DNA of 64,000 bases from Pleionea sp. (GCA_052032335.1 JBPEWV010000145.1:6842-70841), one strand, 5' to 3'; shown: positions 1-10,368, counted from the stretch's first letter. Made by a program: numbers and translations. The notes: generated from the letters alone by a model not told the origin.

Positions 1-222
1 CTTGCGTTTGAGCCTTACAAAATTATCGAGTTTGATTATGGTGACAAATCGGTTCAGCTTAACTTTTGGAAGAGTGATCTGTTTGAAGGTAAGCCGGTGG
101 GTAACGAGGGGCAGGAAGTTCGCTGGTTTGAAATTTCAGAAATAGAAAAACTCGAGTTCCCCGCTGCTAATCAACCGATAGTTGACCAGCTGATCTCCAG
201 TTTCTCAGTAGGCGCTCTTTAA
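1..222 (+). CDS. mutT: 3' end of 8-oxo-dGTP diphosphatase (Nudix), truncated by the window edge
   Basis: My frame-1 translation gives ...FEGKPVGNEGQEVRWFEISEIEKLEFPAANQPIVDQL...stop at 220-222, resembling the MutT C-terminus. It converges on yacG, as in the usual mutT-yacG-zapD-coaE arrangement. Confidence 0.8.
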   Translation, partial: LAFEPYKIIEFDYGDKSVQLNFWKSDLFEGKPVGNEGQEVRWFEISEIEKLEFPAANQPIVDQLISSFSVGAL

Positions 223-256
223 TTCACAGGTATGTAGCTTTCAGGTCTAATTGACT

Positions 257-475
257 TTAATAATCGCTGTCGTTGTCGCTTTGCTGAGGAATCTTCTCTC
301 CGGGGATTTTATGCCCTTCGTCGGCCCATTCGCCTAAGTCGATTAACTTACAACGCTCGCTACAAAAAGGCTTGAATGGAAAGTTATTGTTCCAAGCAAC
401 GGACTTTTTACAATTCGGACAGCTAACGACTAAATCTTTTTTCATATTCAAATTGATTATTCTTTCCAACCGCAA
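257..475 (-). CDS. yacG: DNA gyrase inhibitor YacG
   Basis: CPNC...[16 protein letters not shown] zinc-finger motif; lies downstream of zapD. Confidence 0.95.
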   Translation of the reverse strand: MRLERIINLNMKKDLVVSCPNCKKSVAWNNNFPFKPFCSERCKLIDLGEWADEGHKIPGEKIPQQSDNDSDY

Positions 476-1227
476 GTTGCGTATTTAAAATTTACCGATT
501 CACGGCACTTCATCCGAGAGAGTGTATCATCCAAATAATAAAATTGAATAGAAATTCGATGTTTTCCAGCACTGACTTCAGGGAAAATACTTTGACTGCT
601 CGGTAACTGAATTCTAAGTAGAGAGTTTCCCGGGTTAGGCTTTTCGATTAAAAAGTCACCCATCGGTGCGCTCCCGACATTAAAAACCGATAATTCCCGA
701 GTCAGTCTTAAAATAACGTTCACACTGGTTTTCAATCCTTCAAGCGATTCAAGCCAATGGGTGATATGAAGTTTTGTTTTATCTGGGGAAAAACCGCAAA
801 ATTTCGCCAGCTCTGGTGAATCGCAAGCGACCACACCAGTGTGCAAACTCTGTTTACTGAGAATATTTTTGATCAATGGCTCTTCACGCAAATCGTCACC
901 CAAACGGCCTCGATAACTTATCGCCCATTGATGCAACTTTGCCAGCTGGTTTAAAAATTTATCCAGCTTTTCTGTATCGACTGCCGGATTTGATTTCAGC
1001 TTTTTATAATGTGCTGTTTGTATTTCAAGCTCTTTGATGATTTCAGACTTCATGTCAATACGGTTTAAATACTCGAGTATATTTACCAGTAGCAGCAAAC
1101 ATGCCTGATTGGATGCTGAGTTGTTGATGCCCAGAAGATGCTCAAAATGTTTAAAGGCACCTTCTAACCGTAGTAATTGCCGGTAGTTTTGTGTCAGTGG
1201 AAACTCAAAGTAATTAAACTTATCCAT
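457..1227 (-). CDS. zapD: Cell division protein ZapD
   Basis: N-terminal FEFPL...LLRLE, D(M)KSEIIKELE, and C-terminal [14 protein letters not shown]; coaE-zapD-yacG synteny. Confidence 0.9.
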   Translation of the reverse strand: MDKFNYFEFPLTQNYRQLLRLEGAFKHFEHLLGINNSASNQACLLLLVNILEYLNRIDMKSEIIKELEIQTAHYKKLKSNPAVDTEKLDKFLNQLAKLHQWAISYRGRLGDDLREEPLIKNILSKQSLHTGVVACDSPELAKFCGFSPDKTKLHITHWLESLEGLKTSVNVILRLTRELSVFNVGSAPMGDFLIEKPNPGNSLLRIQLPSSQSIFPEVSAGKHRISIQFYYLDDTLSRMKCRESVNFKYATCGWKE

Positions 1228-1819
1228 TTTCTGAGAGCACCCGGTACTTTTGGTGTAACTGGTCGACGGATTGTTTTAGTTGATCGAGATTCCCTGAGTT
1301 ATCGAGAATGTCATCTGCGTGTGTTTGTCGGTAGTGACGATTTACTTGTTTATCCATAATCGCACGTATGACTTGGCTATCACCTCCATCCCGCCGCTGA
1401 GCTCGCTCAATTTGTAAAACCTCGGGCACATCGACCACTAAAATCCTGTCGACTAACGATTCCAGTTTGTTTTCAAACAACAAAGGTATGTCGAGAATTA
1501 CATAGTGACTTGTCGCATTAGCGACCTGAAGGTTGATGTCACTTCGAATTTTTGGGTGCAGGCACTGATTGAGCCACTTAAGGTCGTCGGGGTTGTTGAA
1601 GACCTGAACCCTCAAAGCTTCGCGATCCAGCTCGCCATCACTTAGTATTAATTCGTCACCGAACTTCTGTTGTATTTCTTTTAGTGCCTTAGAGCCTTTT
1701 GCGACGATATCTTTTGCAATTCGGTCGGCATCGATAACTTCGATACCTTTCAAGCGAAAAAGATTCGAAACGGTTGACTTTCCGCTGCCAATCCCGCCCG
1801 TTAATCCGACTTTAAACAT
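1220..1819 (-). CDS. coaE: Dephospho-CoA kinase
   Basis: VGLTGGIGSGKSTVS P-loop and the DAD and LDIPLLFE motifs. Confidence 0.97.
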   Translation of the reverse strand: MFKVGLTGGIGSGKSTVSNLFRLKGIEVIDADRIAKDIVAKGSKALKEIQQKFGDELILSDGELDREALRVQVFNNPDDLKWLNQCLHPKIRSDINLQVANATSHYVILDIPLLFENKLESLVDRILVVDVPEVLQIERAQRRDGGDSQVIRAIMDKQVNRHYRQTHADDILDNSGNLDQLKQSVDQLHQKYRVLSENG

Positions 1820-1827
1820 GACAGAAT

Positions 1828-2730
1828 TTACGATACGCCCATGGATTGAAAGTATTGTTTCATAATGCTATCGCCCCAAAATAGGGTGATCCATCCTGCA
1901 ATCGCGAGATAAGGACCGAACGGGATCTGGGTGTCTCTGTTATTTTTTTTCAGAAGTAACATCGAAATTCCGATTACCGCACCGACACCGGCAGACATAA
2001 TGATGATCAGTAACAATTTCTGGTAGCCCACAAAAGCGCCTAGTGCTGCAAGTAATTTGAAGTCTCCGTGGCCCATACCATCTTTACCGGTAATTAATTT
2101 AAACAGCCAGTAAAAGCTCCATAGCGAAAGATAACCGAATAAAGCACCCATTAAGGCATCTTCGAGAGGAATGGTCAGCTCCAACATGGCGGCAGTAAGC
2201 CCAAGCCACAAGATAATATAATTTATCGGGTCGGGGAGTATCTTATGATCAATATCGATAAAGATGTGCGCAATCAGAAGGCCTGTCAGCGTAATGTAGA
2301 TTAATGTTTGCCAGGTAAACCCGTATTGATACGCTATAAAACCAAATGTTACACCAGTAAGTAGCTCAACAAATGGATAACGTAAACTGATGGACGTCTT
2401 GCACTTTGAGCACTTTCCACGTTGAAACAAATAGCTCAATACGGGTATGTTTTCCCAGGAACGAATTAAATGGTTGCATTTAGGGCAGCGAGAGCGAGGT
2501 ACCACAATATTAAACTTATCGTCTTCTATTCGTTTATCAGTGGCTTTTCCGTTAACTTGGTAGCCTTTATCTCGCAGAATTTCGGTGGCCATACTACACC
2601 ACTCACGAAACAGCATGATAGGGTATCGAAATACGACAACATTTAAAAAACTGCCGACCATAAGGCCGGCAGCTATCATTGTGACAGTGAAAGCGGTTAA
2701 ATTGCTTTCCAGATAATTTATGACTTCCAT
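1828..2730 (-). CDS. pilD: Type IV prepilin peptidase/N-methyltransferase
   Basis: GSFLNVV, the CPKC/CSKC zinc pairs, IDIDHKILPD, GMGHGDFKL and PFGPYLA. Confidence 0.97.
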   Translation of the reverse strand: MEVINYLESNLTAFTVTMIAAGLMVGSFLNVVVFRYPIMLFREWCSMATEILRDKGYQVNGKATDKRIEDDKFNIVVPRSRCPKCNHLIRSWENIPVLSYLFQRGKCSKCKTSISLRYPFVELLTGVTFGFIAYQYGFTWQTLIYITLTGLLIAHIFIDIDHKILPDPINYIILWLGLTAAMLELTIPLEDALMGALFGYLSLWSFYWLFKLITGKDGMGHGDFKLLAALGAFVGYQKLLLIIIMSAGVGAVIGISMLLLKKNNRDTQIPFGPYLAIAGWITLFWGDSIMKQYFQSMGVS

Positions 2731-3998
2731 TAAACAACAGCACCCAACTGGAATATTGGTAAATACATGGCGATGATAAGTCCACCAACCAGCACACCAA
2801 GCACACCCATAATAAGTGGCTCGAGTAACGAACTTAAACCATCAACGGCGTCGTCTACTTCTTGTTCGTAGATATCTGCTATTTTTGTAAGCATTTGATC
2901 TACGGCTCCAGATTCCTCACCAATGGCTACCATCTGATTAACCATGTTCGGGAATAGTCCACTATTCACCATTGAAACGTTTAATTGAATACCGGTGGTT
3001 ACTTCGTCTCTTATTTTTAATAAGCCAGAGCGATAGACATAGTTCCCTGAAGCTCCGGCTGCGGACTCTAGCGCCTCTACTAGCGGAACACCTGCAGCAA
3101 AGGTTGTGGAAAGAGTTCTTGCAAACCGGGCTATGGCAGCTTTATTTAAGATATCACCAACCACTGGCAACTTTAGAATTAGCTTATCCCTATTGTTTCT
3201 AAACGCTTCTGACTTTTCGCCAGCTATTCGTAGGCCAAAAATGGTCGCAGCAATTATCCCGATAGCGACATACCAATAGGCTTGCATCCATTCAGATATT
3301 CCAATAACCATCATGGTGAATGCAGGGAGTTCAGCGCCAAAGCCTTCGAAGATATCCTGGAACTGAGGTACCACAAAAATCAACAGAATGCTGGTAACAA
3401 CGAGCGCAACAACGACAACCGCTATCGGGTAAAATAAGGCTTTTTTAATCTTAGACTTGAGTGCTTCGGTTTTCTCTTTGTAGGTAGCAATTCGGTCGAG
3501 CATGCTCTCGAGGGCGCCCGACTGCTCGCCGGCTACTACAAGATCGCAGAATAAGTCATCAAAATATTTAGGGTGCTTTCTAAGAGATTCACCCATTGAA
3601 GACCCTGATTCTATATCGGCTTTGATGGCTAAAATTAAGTCTTGAACAGCAGGGTTATCATGGCCTTTACCAATAATGTCAAACGATTGCACCAATGGAA
3701 CGCCAGCTTTCATCATAGTTGCTAATTGCCGAGAGACGACGGCAATATCAACTGGCTTAATCGGCTTTTTATTGGCGCCAAATAAGGGTTGTGCTTTCTT
3801 AGATAATTTTCTAGGGATTACACCCTGTTTGCGGAGTTGAGCTTTTGCTATGGCTGAAGAGTCAGCGCTAATTTCACCAGAGACTTTGTTCCCTTTTTTA
3901 TCAACTCCTGAGTAGGTAAAGGTTGATATTTTGGGTGCCTTTTTAGCCTTAGATTTTTGTTTCGCATCGCTTGACGCTTTTTTTGCTGCAACTGCCAT
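2730..3998 (-). CDS. pilC: Type IV pilus inner-membrane platform protein
   Basis: T2SSF repeats: RQLATMMKAGVPL, GEQSGALE, RTLSTTFAAGVPL and IIAMYLPIF. Confidence 0.97.
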   Translation of the reverse strand: MAVAAKKASSDAKQKSKAKKAPKISTFTYSGVDKKGNKVSGEISADSSAIAKAQLRKQGVIPRKLSKKAQPLFGANKKPIKPVDIAVVSRQLATMMKAGVPLVQSFDIIGKGHDNPAVQDLILAIKADIESGSSMGESLRKHPKYFDDLFCDLVVAGEQSGALESMLDRIATYKEKTEALKSKIKKALFYPIAVVVVALVVTSILLIFVVPQFQDIFEGFGAELPAFTMMVIGISEWMQAYWYVAIGIIAATIFGLRIAGEKSEAFRNNRDKLILKLPVVGDILNKAAIARFARTLSTTFAAGVPLVEALESAAGASGNYVYRSGLLKIRDEVTTGIQLNVSMVNSGLFPNMVNQMVAIGEESGAVDQMLTKIADIYEQEVDDAVDGLSSLLEPLIMGVLGVLVGGLIIAMYLPIFQLGAVV

Positions 3999-4003
3999 TT
4001 TTA

Positions 4004-5707
4004 TTAATCCTGTGTTACGCGGTTCACTTCTTCAAGAGATGTGACACCTTGCATTACTTTTAGTAACCCTGACTGATGTAAATCATTGATGCCTTCTTTT
4101 TGTGCCTGATCGGCAATATCGATGGCATTTCCACCTTCCATTATGATTCTACCCATTGCATCTGAAACGGGCATCACTTGATAAATACCCACTCGTCCTT
4201 TATACCCTTGGGTGCAATTATCACAACCGACTGGTTCAAATAATTCAAAAGTTCCTATTTGTTCTTGCTTAAATCCTGCATCAACAAGCGCTTCTTCAGG
4301 AATATCTGCAGCTTGCTTACAATGATTGCAGAGTCGCCGAGCCAGCCGTTGGGCAATTACCAAGTTAACACTTGTTGCGATGTTAAAAGGAGCGACTCCC
4401 ATATTGACCAATCGAGTTAATGTTTCGGGCGCACTATTAGTGTGTAAGGTTGAAAGTACCATGTGACCCGTTTGCGCAGCTTTTATTGCGATTTCGGCGG
4501 TTTCTAAGTCTCGAATCTCACCAACCAGTATGACGTCAGGGTCTTGACGTAGAAATGCTCTAAGCGCGGAGGAGAAGTCTAATCCGGCCTTTGGATTTAC
4601 ATTGACCTGATTAACACCAGATAAGTTGATTTCAACAGGATCTTCTGCGGTTGAGATATTTCGCTCGGGCTTGTTAAGCATATTGACACCGGTGTACAAA
4701 GAAACCGTTTTACCTGAGCCGGTTGGACCTGTTACAAGAACCATGCCTTGTGGTTTAAATAACGCGTCTTCGTACAAAGCCCGTTGTTCTTCTTCGTAAC
4801 CTAAAACTTCAATGCCAAGCATTGCACTCGATGGGTCAAGAATACGCATTACAATCTTCTCGCCGAATAAAGTGGGAAGAGTGCTCACACGAAAGTCGAT
4901 AGCTTTATTCTTCGAAAGTTTTAACTTTATTCTACCGTCTTGTGGTATTCGTCTTTCTGAAATATCAAGCCTTGACATTACTTTAAGACGGGCAGCGATT
5001 TTGGTTGATAGGTTGGAAGGGGGGCTCGAAACTTCGTGCAATATGCCGTCAATACGGAACCGTACTCGGTAATTTTTTTCGTAGGGCTCGAAATGAAGGT
5101 CAGATGCCCCTTTCTTTATCGCATCAAGTAATATCTTGTTTACAAAGCGAACAATTGGGGCATCATCCGCTCCTTGTTGCTCATCTTCTTTTTGTTCATC
5201 TGAGCTATCTTCTATATCTAAATTCTCAAGATCTGCGTCATCAAACTCCGCTAAACTCTGACTTTCCTGCTCGTCGAGAACCTTGTCTATAAACTTGGAT
5301 AATTTTGAGTCTTCAACTAGAACAGCATCGACCGTAAGCTTACTGTGGAACTGAAACTCATCCAGCGCAATTAAATTGGTGGGATCGGAAACAGCAACGA
5401 ACAGCCTTTTACCACGCGTAAACAATGGCAAGGCATGATGCTTGGTTATCAATTTTTCAGAAACGATACCCTTTGGCAATAATTCGTAATCGATGCTATC
5501 TAAATCGAAAAGCGGGACGCCAAACTCCAACGAAGCTAAATTCGCTAGTTTCAAACCGTCGACGATTGAGTTTTCGACGAGGTACTTAACAATAGGTGCG
5601 CCGCTCTTTATGGCTGAAGAAGTGGCTTCAGAAGCGCTTTCTTCAGTAAGTAAACCCTCACTTACAAGTCGTTTGGTTAAACCACTAACGATATTATTCG
5701 ATTGCAT
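4004..5707 (-). CDS. pilB: Type IV pilus assembly ATPase
   Basis: GPTGSGKT Walker A, TAEDPVE, LRQDPDVILVGEIRD, a tetra-Cys zinc site and C-terminal TSLEEVNRV. Confidence 0.97.
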   Translation of the reverse strand: MQSNNIVSGLTKRLVSEGLLTEESASEATSSAIKSGAPIVKYLVENSIVDGLKLANLASLEFGVPLFDLDSIDYELLPKGIVSEKLITKHHALPLFTRGKRLFVAVSDPTNLIALDEFQFHSKLTVDAVLVEDSKLSKFIDKVLDEQESQSLAEFDDADLENLDIEDSSDEQKEDEQQGADDAPIVRFVNKILLDAIKKGASDLHFEPYEKNYRVRFRIDGILHEVSSPPSNLSTKIAARLKVMSRLDISERRIPQDGRIKLKLSKNKAIDFRVSTLPTLFGEKIVMRILDPSSAMLGIEVLGYEEEQRALYEDALFKPQGMVLVTGPTGSGKTVSLYTGVNMLNKPERNISTAEDPVEINLSGVNQVNVNPKAGLDFSSALRAFLRQDPDVILVGEIRDLETAEIAIKAAQTGHMVLSTLHTNSAPETLTRLVNMGVAPFNIATSVNLVIAQRLARRLCNHCKQAADIPEEALVDAGFKQEQIGTFELFEPVGCDNCTQGYKGRVGIYQVMPVSDAMGRIIMEGGNAIDIADQAQKEGINDLHQSGLLKVMQGVTSLEEVNRVTQD

Positions 5708-5982
5708 ATGTTCTCTTCAAAATAAAGCACTAAAACACCAATGAATTCCGTAAGTTATAGCACTTTTTATAGAATAATTCTTCCTTTTAAGTGAAATTAT
5801 TGAATTATTTTGGGCCGTGTAGTTTAGGTTTAGTTTGTCTTCAAATGAGTTGTTCGAAATTCAACTGTTTTCTTTTCCGTTGGTATTATCTGTTTATAGA
5901 CTGTTTTTTTTAATTGAGTTAGTTTTGTTGTTATCTCTTAAAGATTGGAGCCAATTAGCTCCTAATTTATGCGACTAAATTA

Positions 5983-6849
5983 ATGATAGAAAGAATTACA
6001 AGACTATTGTCTCTACATGACTATACGCTGCGATTTTATTTAAATACGTTATTCGGATTGATTGGAATCTCGTTTGTACTTTGGATCACTTATACTAACT
6101 GGGGACCATTTAGAGAACAGTTACAGTTTTTAGACTATCTATACTTGGGAGCTGCTTTATTATCAGGAATATTATGCCATTTAATAATGGCTTATTACTT
6201 CTCGCTTATTGTCAATAATAATAAAAAGCCAGGCAAAGTGCAGTTCAAACTAGGAGTGAAACTATTCTTGATTAGCCAGCCTTCAAAGTATATTCCAGGA
6301 AAAATATGGCAGATATTACACCAAAGGTTACTGTCTAAGTCATTTTCTTTGAGAGAAGTTGCTTTAGCTAATATTCAATTTATGGCAGGTATAAGCTTTT
6401 TTATTTTAGCACTGAGCCTATGTATTATTTCATTACTAAATAGCTATTGGTACGCTCTTCTACTGAGCACTATATCATTTATCACGGTTCTAATTTACTT
6501 TAGATTTTCTTTAAAGCTCATTTTACCTTTCATTTCTGCGTGCTTTTTCTTAATTGGAAGTGGCTTGATAGTTCAGGGTTTAGGAGTTCATTTAAACTTC
6601 TTGCAGACAGCTAATTTAATTGCAATTTTTGGCTTGAGCTGGATACTGGGTACTATCGCATTCATTTTTCCTGCAGGTATTGGGTTACGGGAGTGGCTAA
6701 TAGTCTCTGTACCCACAACGATTCTTTATGATGTAGATCCTCAAGTTTTGGTAGTTTTCGCGGTATTTCTGAGATTGTGGCAAATTTCATACGAGTTATT
6801 GTGTTGGGGAGGGGTCCGTATTTTCACTTATTTTTATTCCAAAGAGTGA
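5983..6849 (+). CDS. Polytopic membrane protein of the lysylphosphatidylglycerol-synthase TM-region/AglD2-like putative flippase family
   Basis: About 8 hydrophobic segments with the motifs SQPSKYIPGKIW and FIFPAGIGLREW...LRLW. Family assigned by motif recognition. Confidence 0.7.
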   Translation: MIERITRLLSLHDYTLRFYLNTLFGLIGISFVLWITYTNWGPFREQLQFLDYLYLGAALLSGILCHLIMAYYFSLIVNNNKKPGKVQFKLGVKLFLISQPSKYIPGKIWQILHQRLLSKSFSLREVALANIQFMAGISFFILALSLCIISLLNSYWYALLLSTISFITVLIYFRFSLKLILPFISACFFLIGSGLIVQGLGVHLNFLQTANLIAIFGLSWILGTIAFIFPAGIGLREWLIVSVPTTILYDVDPQVLVVFAVFLRLWQISYELLCWGGVRIFTYFYSKE

Positions 6850-7414
6850 TAGTCCAAGGTAAAGGTGTCTTTACTTTAATCACAGTACCAATACAATTGA
6901 CCATATTAATAAATGACTTTGTCGACCAGTGATTAATATGCCCTGGAGTGTTGCCGAGAGAAGAAAGATACTTTAGCCTAGCAACGTTGAGAGCTCGCCA
7001 GATGGGCTCTCTAGGAACCGAAGTTATTACGTCACCTTTAGATACTCTAGAAAGCTCTTTTAATCCTTTAACTGGGTATTCTATATGCTCTAGAACTTCC
7101 AGGCAAAATACGATATCAAAATGATTACTCTCGAATGGAATATCGTAAATGGATGCTTGAGTAACAATAGCATTTGGAGCTCTTTTCTTAGTGTCACGAA
7201 CCAAATTCAAATCAATATCGATAGCATGAACACTAGAATGAGGGTAGTGTTGGCAGATTCTTTCTGTGCTAAAACCGTGACCACACCCTACCTCGAGAAC
7301 CTTAAGGCTTTTACTTGAAGGTGCTATAGAAAATACTTGGGCATAAAAGTTCTCAATGAGCTTTTTTCCCAATGCTCCTGTCTTGGTATACTTTTCTTCG
7401 AAATTCTCTTGCAT
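6824..7414 (-). CDS. Class I SAM-dependent methyltransferase
   Basis: VLEVGCGHG motif I, AID, and FDIVFCLEVLEHIE. Its start overlaps the GT2 stop codon (TAATG). Confidence 0.9.
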   Translation of the reverse strand: MQENFEEKYTKTGALGKKLIENFYAQVFSIAPSSKSLKVLEVGCGHGFSTERICQHYPHSSVHAIDIDLNLVRDTKKRAPNAIVTQASIYDIPFESNHFDIVFCLEVLEHIEYPVKGLKELSRVSKGDVITSVPREPIWRALNVARLKYLSSLGNTPGHINHWSTKSFINMVNCIGTVIKVKTPLPWTITLWNKNK

Positions 7415-8274
7415 TACTGTTTACTGTACTGCAATGAGTTAATCTGTTCGGAGACAAGTCCAATCAAAAAGACTATTATTGATGAGACCATTAATGTCGC
7501 CGACATATTGGTAAATCTTCCACTGTCTAGGTAAGTAATTAAGTAATTAAGTAACCCAAGCATAAAAAGTCCGAGACTAATTGGTGTAAAAAGTTTAAGT
7601 GGCGAATATAGAGTTCCAATCTTGAATATTATGACGATAAATCTAAACCCATCTTTCAATAAATTTATGTGGCTTTTTCCTACTCGTTTCAATACCTCTA
7701 TTTGTTCATATGCAACGGAGTAACCTGAACGAAAGAAAGCCATTGTGATGGTTGTGGGATAAGAAAAGCCGTTTGGTAGTAAGTGTAAAAATTCTTTGAA
7801 TTTTTTTGCGTCGACTACTCTGAGGCCAGAGGTTAAGTCTTCTACATTATGTTCAACTATTTTTGATGCTAACCAATTATAGAAGCTATTCGCGAGTTGC
7901 CGGAAAAAGCTTGCTTGTCCTTTACTGTCTCTCTTTCCAACAACCATGTCGAATCCGGTTTCAAATTTGGCAACTAATGCTTGGATATCTCTTATTTGAT
8001 GTTGGCCATCAGCATCCATAAATATGAGTGCATCTCCCTTAGCAGCTCTTGCCCCTGCTTTTATCGCAGCACCATTCCCTTTGGAGTATGGATGGTGTAT
8101 TACTTGAACAGAATACTTATCTAACAGCTCAGTCGTATTGTCCGTCGAGCCATCATTTACGATAATTATTTCCATGCTCGCGAAGTTAGAGAGTAGCTCT
8201 GGAACAAGACTCTGCAAAGATTCCGCTTCATTCTTTGCGGGTATAATTATGGAAAACAACTTTCGTGTTTTCAT
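7414..8274 (-). CDS. GT2 family polyprenol-phosphate glycosyltransferase (DPM1/GtrB-like) with two C-terminal TM helices
   Basis: IIIPAKNE, NDGSTD, GNGAAIKAG, FMDADGQH and DLTSGLR motifs; hydrophobic C-terminus. Confidence 0.9.
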   Translation of the reverse strand: MKTRKLFSIIIPAKNEAESLQSLVPELLSNFASMEIIIVNDGSTDNTTELLDKYSVQVIHHPYSKGNGAAIKAGARAAKGDALIFMDADGQHQIRDIQALVAKFETGFDMVVGKRDSKGQASFFRQLANSFYNWLASKIVEHNVEDLTSGLRVVDAKKFKEFLHLLPNGFSYPTTITMAFFRSGYSVAYEQIEVLKRVGKSHINLLKDGFRFIVIIFKIGTLYSPLKLFTPISLGLFMLGLLNYLITYLDSGRFTNMSATLMVSSIIVFLIGLVSEQINSLQYSKQ

Positions 8275-8490
8275 TCATTTAAATCCTGAGGTTCGCAAAA
8301 AACTGGAAGTTAATACTTTGGGTAAGTATCATTCAATAATATTGCTATCCAATTACACGATGAATATGAATACTGATTTGATTCTAACTGAGTTCTTGAA
8401 ATTTGCAAGGTCAGCTTAAAATTTCGGTTTCAATGAAACTCATTAGCACATCTTGAATTAAGTGGTTTTTATATTTCGTCTTGAATAATA

Positions 8491-10368
8491 TTAGTAGATT
8501 GTCCCTGACTCCAATGCTGGGATAAACAGATTGAATTTGTCATTCTCTAGCAAATATTGCTTAAACTCATTTGCTTTGATCTCATCACCACTATTCTTGA
8601 ATAACTTATAAAGTCTATAATAAGACGCTAATTCACTTGGATCGATATTTGCCGCTTGTGAGTATGAAATAACGGCTTCATCTATTTGGCCAAGAGAATG
8701 TAGATAATCGCCATGATAGATAAAAATTCTTGCTCGGTTATGATTTGTAATCAAAGAATTAGATTTTACTGCTTTAAAGATTGAGGCTATTAGTTTTTCG
8801 TTGTTTTTGCAGCGCTTTTCAGCCATGCACCATACTAGTTTAGCAATGGAGTTTGACGTTGCTGCTGACACAGGTTTTTTTCTAAGTTTTGTTAAAAAAT
8901 CTTCCTTGATCTCTTCTGGCAATTGAGCTCCGATACTTTCATATAGCAATATGAGCCCGAAATACCCTGCAATGGAGCCATGCGGTTGATTTATTGCTTG
9001 TTTAAAATAGTACTCAGATTGACCAGCGTAGAGAACTTCATTCGTCTGAGCTAGTAATTTAAAATATTCGAGTCCTAATTGATAATGACTCCGGCTAGAC
9101 TCAGGGTGATTGTCTACGAATTTTTGTAAAAGAATTGTGTTGTTTTTCCAATGAAGCGCATTGATCGATGCACTTGCATATATGAGCAGTGCGAAAACAC
9201 GAGTTAGATTAAGTAAACTTATTTTTTTTACTTTTTCGAAGTAAGGTATGAAGCCAATTATGGCAATTAAGACTCCCAGTGTTGGTAAGTAATTTCGGTG
9301 TTCAAATGCTATTTCCAACGGCGCAATGGTTGACTCAACAGTATGAAAACAAAGAAAAATGAGCCAGCCTGCAGCGAAAATATTTCTTTTAACAAAAAAG
9401 TATACAGCAACGACTGTTGATATAAACAGTGCAGATAATGAAAATAAAGTTGTTAATGGACTCGTTACACTTGTTGATATCGCGATATCATCGTGATAAA
9501 GCGAAAACTCGCTGCTAAAGGGGTTAAATATCAAGTAGAGGTAATAAATAATCACTCGGGTCTGTGTTAATACTCTTTCGACTAAGTTAAAGTCGCGCAT
9601 TAAGTATTTCTCGTCGAACCATTGAGAATTGAAAATAATAAGATATAGCAACAACGACGTTATTAAAACTAAGCCACTAAAAAGTAAGGCAAGGTTGACT
9701 TTATTGCACTTTTCGCTATCTTCAATTAGAAAATACTCTAATAAAACGACAACCGGAATAATCAAGATTCCATTTTCTTTTGTAAATGCTGCAAGCAGAG
9801 CAAAGGATAAAAGAACAATCCAGGAAAGAGTAAAGTTTTTAATTGAACTCGGGTTTTTCAGCCTGTTTTTTAGATAAAAAAATACGCCTACAAGAACAAA
9901 CAAAGCGGTTAGGCTATTCATCATTTGTACTATATATAAAACGTTCGATATATTGATCGGATGAATTAACCAAATGAAAGTCAATAATAATGCGAATTGT
10001 TCCTTGAGACTTGTCTTGGTATTCGGGTACTTTGTGTCAATAATGATCTTGAGAATCTTAAGAATGAGATAGCCGTTGATTAAATGGATTAGAATATTCG
10101 TAATCTTAAAAGGAGTTGCTACGTCTCCGAAAATAGTTTTTTCAATTGCAAAAATTCCGTAGGCTATAGGTCTTTTAAGTGGGCCTGCATGACCGGAAAA
10201 TGCAGCCCTTATGAACTCTTGGATAGTCCATTCGTTTAGGAAAAGCGCTTCATTACCAACGATATTTGGGATATCGTCAAATATAAAACCGCCTCCCAGC
10301 CCCAAAATAAAAATGGCTGAGGCAATAATGGCAAAGAACCAATAAGAGTTTGTGATTTTATTGTACAT
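8491..10368 (-). CDS. TMTC-like GT-C fold membrane glycosyltransferase with C-terminal TPR repeats; candidate pilin glycosyltransferase
   Basis: FIFDD acidic pair after TM1, WLIHP, FTKENGIL, RVLTQTRVIIYYL and EHRNYLP; about 11 TM segments followed by TPR-like helices; directly downstream of pilA. Confidence 0.75.
   Translation of the reverse strand: MYNKITNSYWFFAIIASAIFILGLGGGFIFDDIPNIVGNEALFLNEWTIQEFIRAAFSGHAGPLKRPIAYGIFAIEKTIFGDVATPFKITNILIHLINGYLILKILKIIIDTKYPNTKTSLKEQFALLLTFIWLIHPINISNVLYIVQMMNSLTALFVLVGVFFYLKNRLKNPSSIKNFTLSWIVLLSFALLAAFTKENGILIIPVVVLLEYFLIEDSEKCNKVNLALLFSGLVLITSLLLYLIIFNSQWFDEKYLMRDFNLVERVLTQTRVIIYYLYLIFNPFSSEFSLYHDDIAISTSVTSPLTTLFSLSALFISTVVAVYFFVKRNIFAAGWLIFLCFHTVESTIAPLEIAFEHRNYLPTLGVLIAIIGFIPYFEKVKKISLLNLTRVFALLIYASASINALHWKNNTILLQKFVDNHPESSRSHYQLGLEYFKLLAQTNEVLYAGQSEYYFKQAINQPHGSIAGYFGLILLYESIGAQLPEEIKEDFLTKLRKKPVSAATSNSIAKLVWCMAEKRCKNNEKLIASIFKAVKSNSLITNHNRARIFIYHGDYLHSLGQIDEAVISYSQAANIDPSELASYYRLYKLFKNSGDEIKANEFKQYLLENDKFNLFIPALESGTIY

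Noticed and set aside
5630-5707. MshEN c-di-GMP-binding motif at the PilB N-terminus
   Set aside because: SGLTKRLVSEGLL lacks the RLG and terminal Q of the RLGxxLxxxGLIxxxxLxxxLxxQ consensus, so it appears degenerate.
8138-8419. 93-aa + strand ORF in the glycosylation cassette
   Set aside because: Half of it is antisense to the GT2 start, with no RBS or motif; it is likely an AT-rich artefact.
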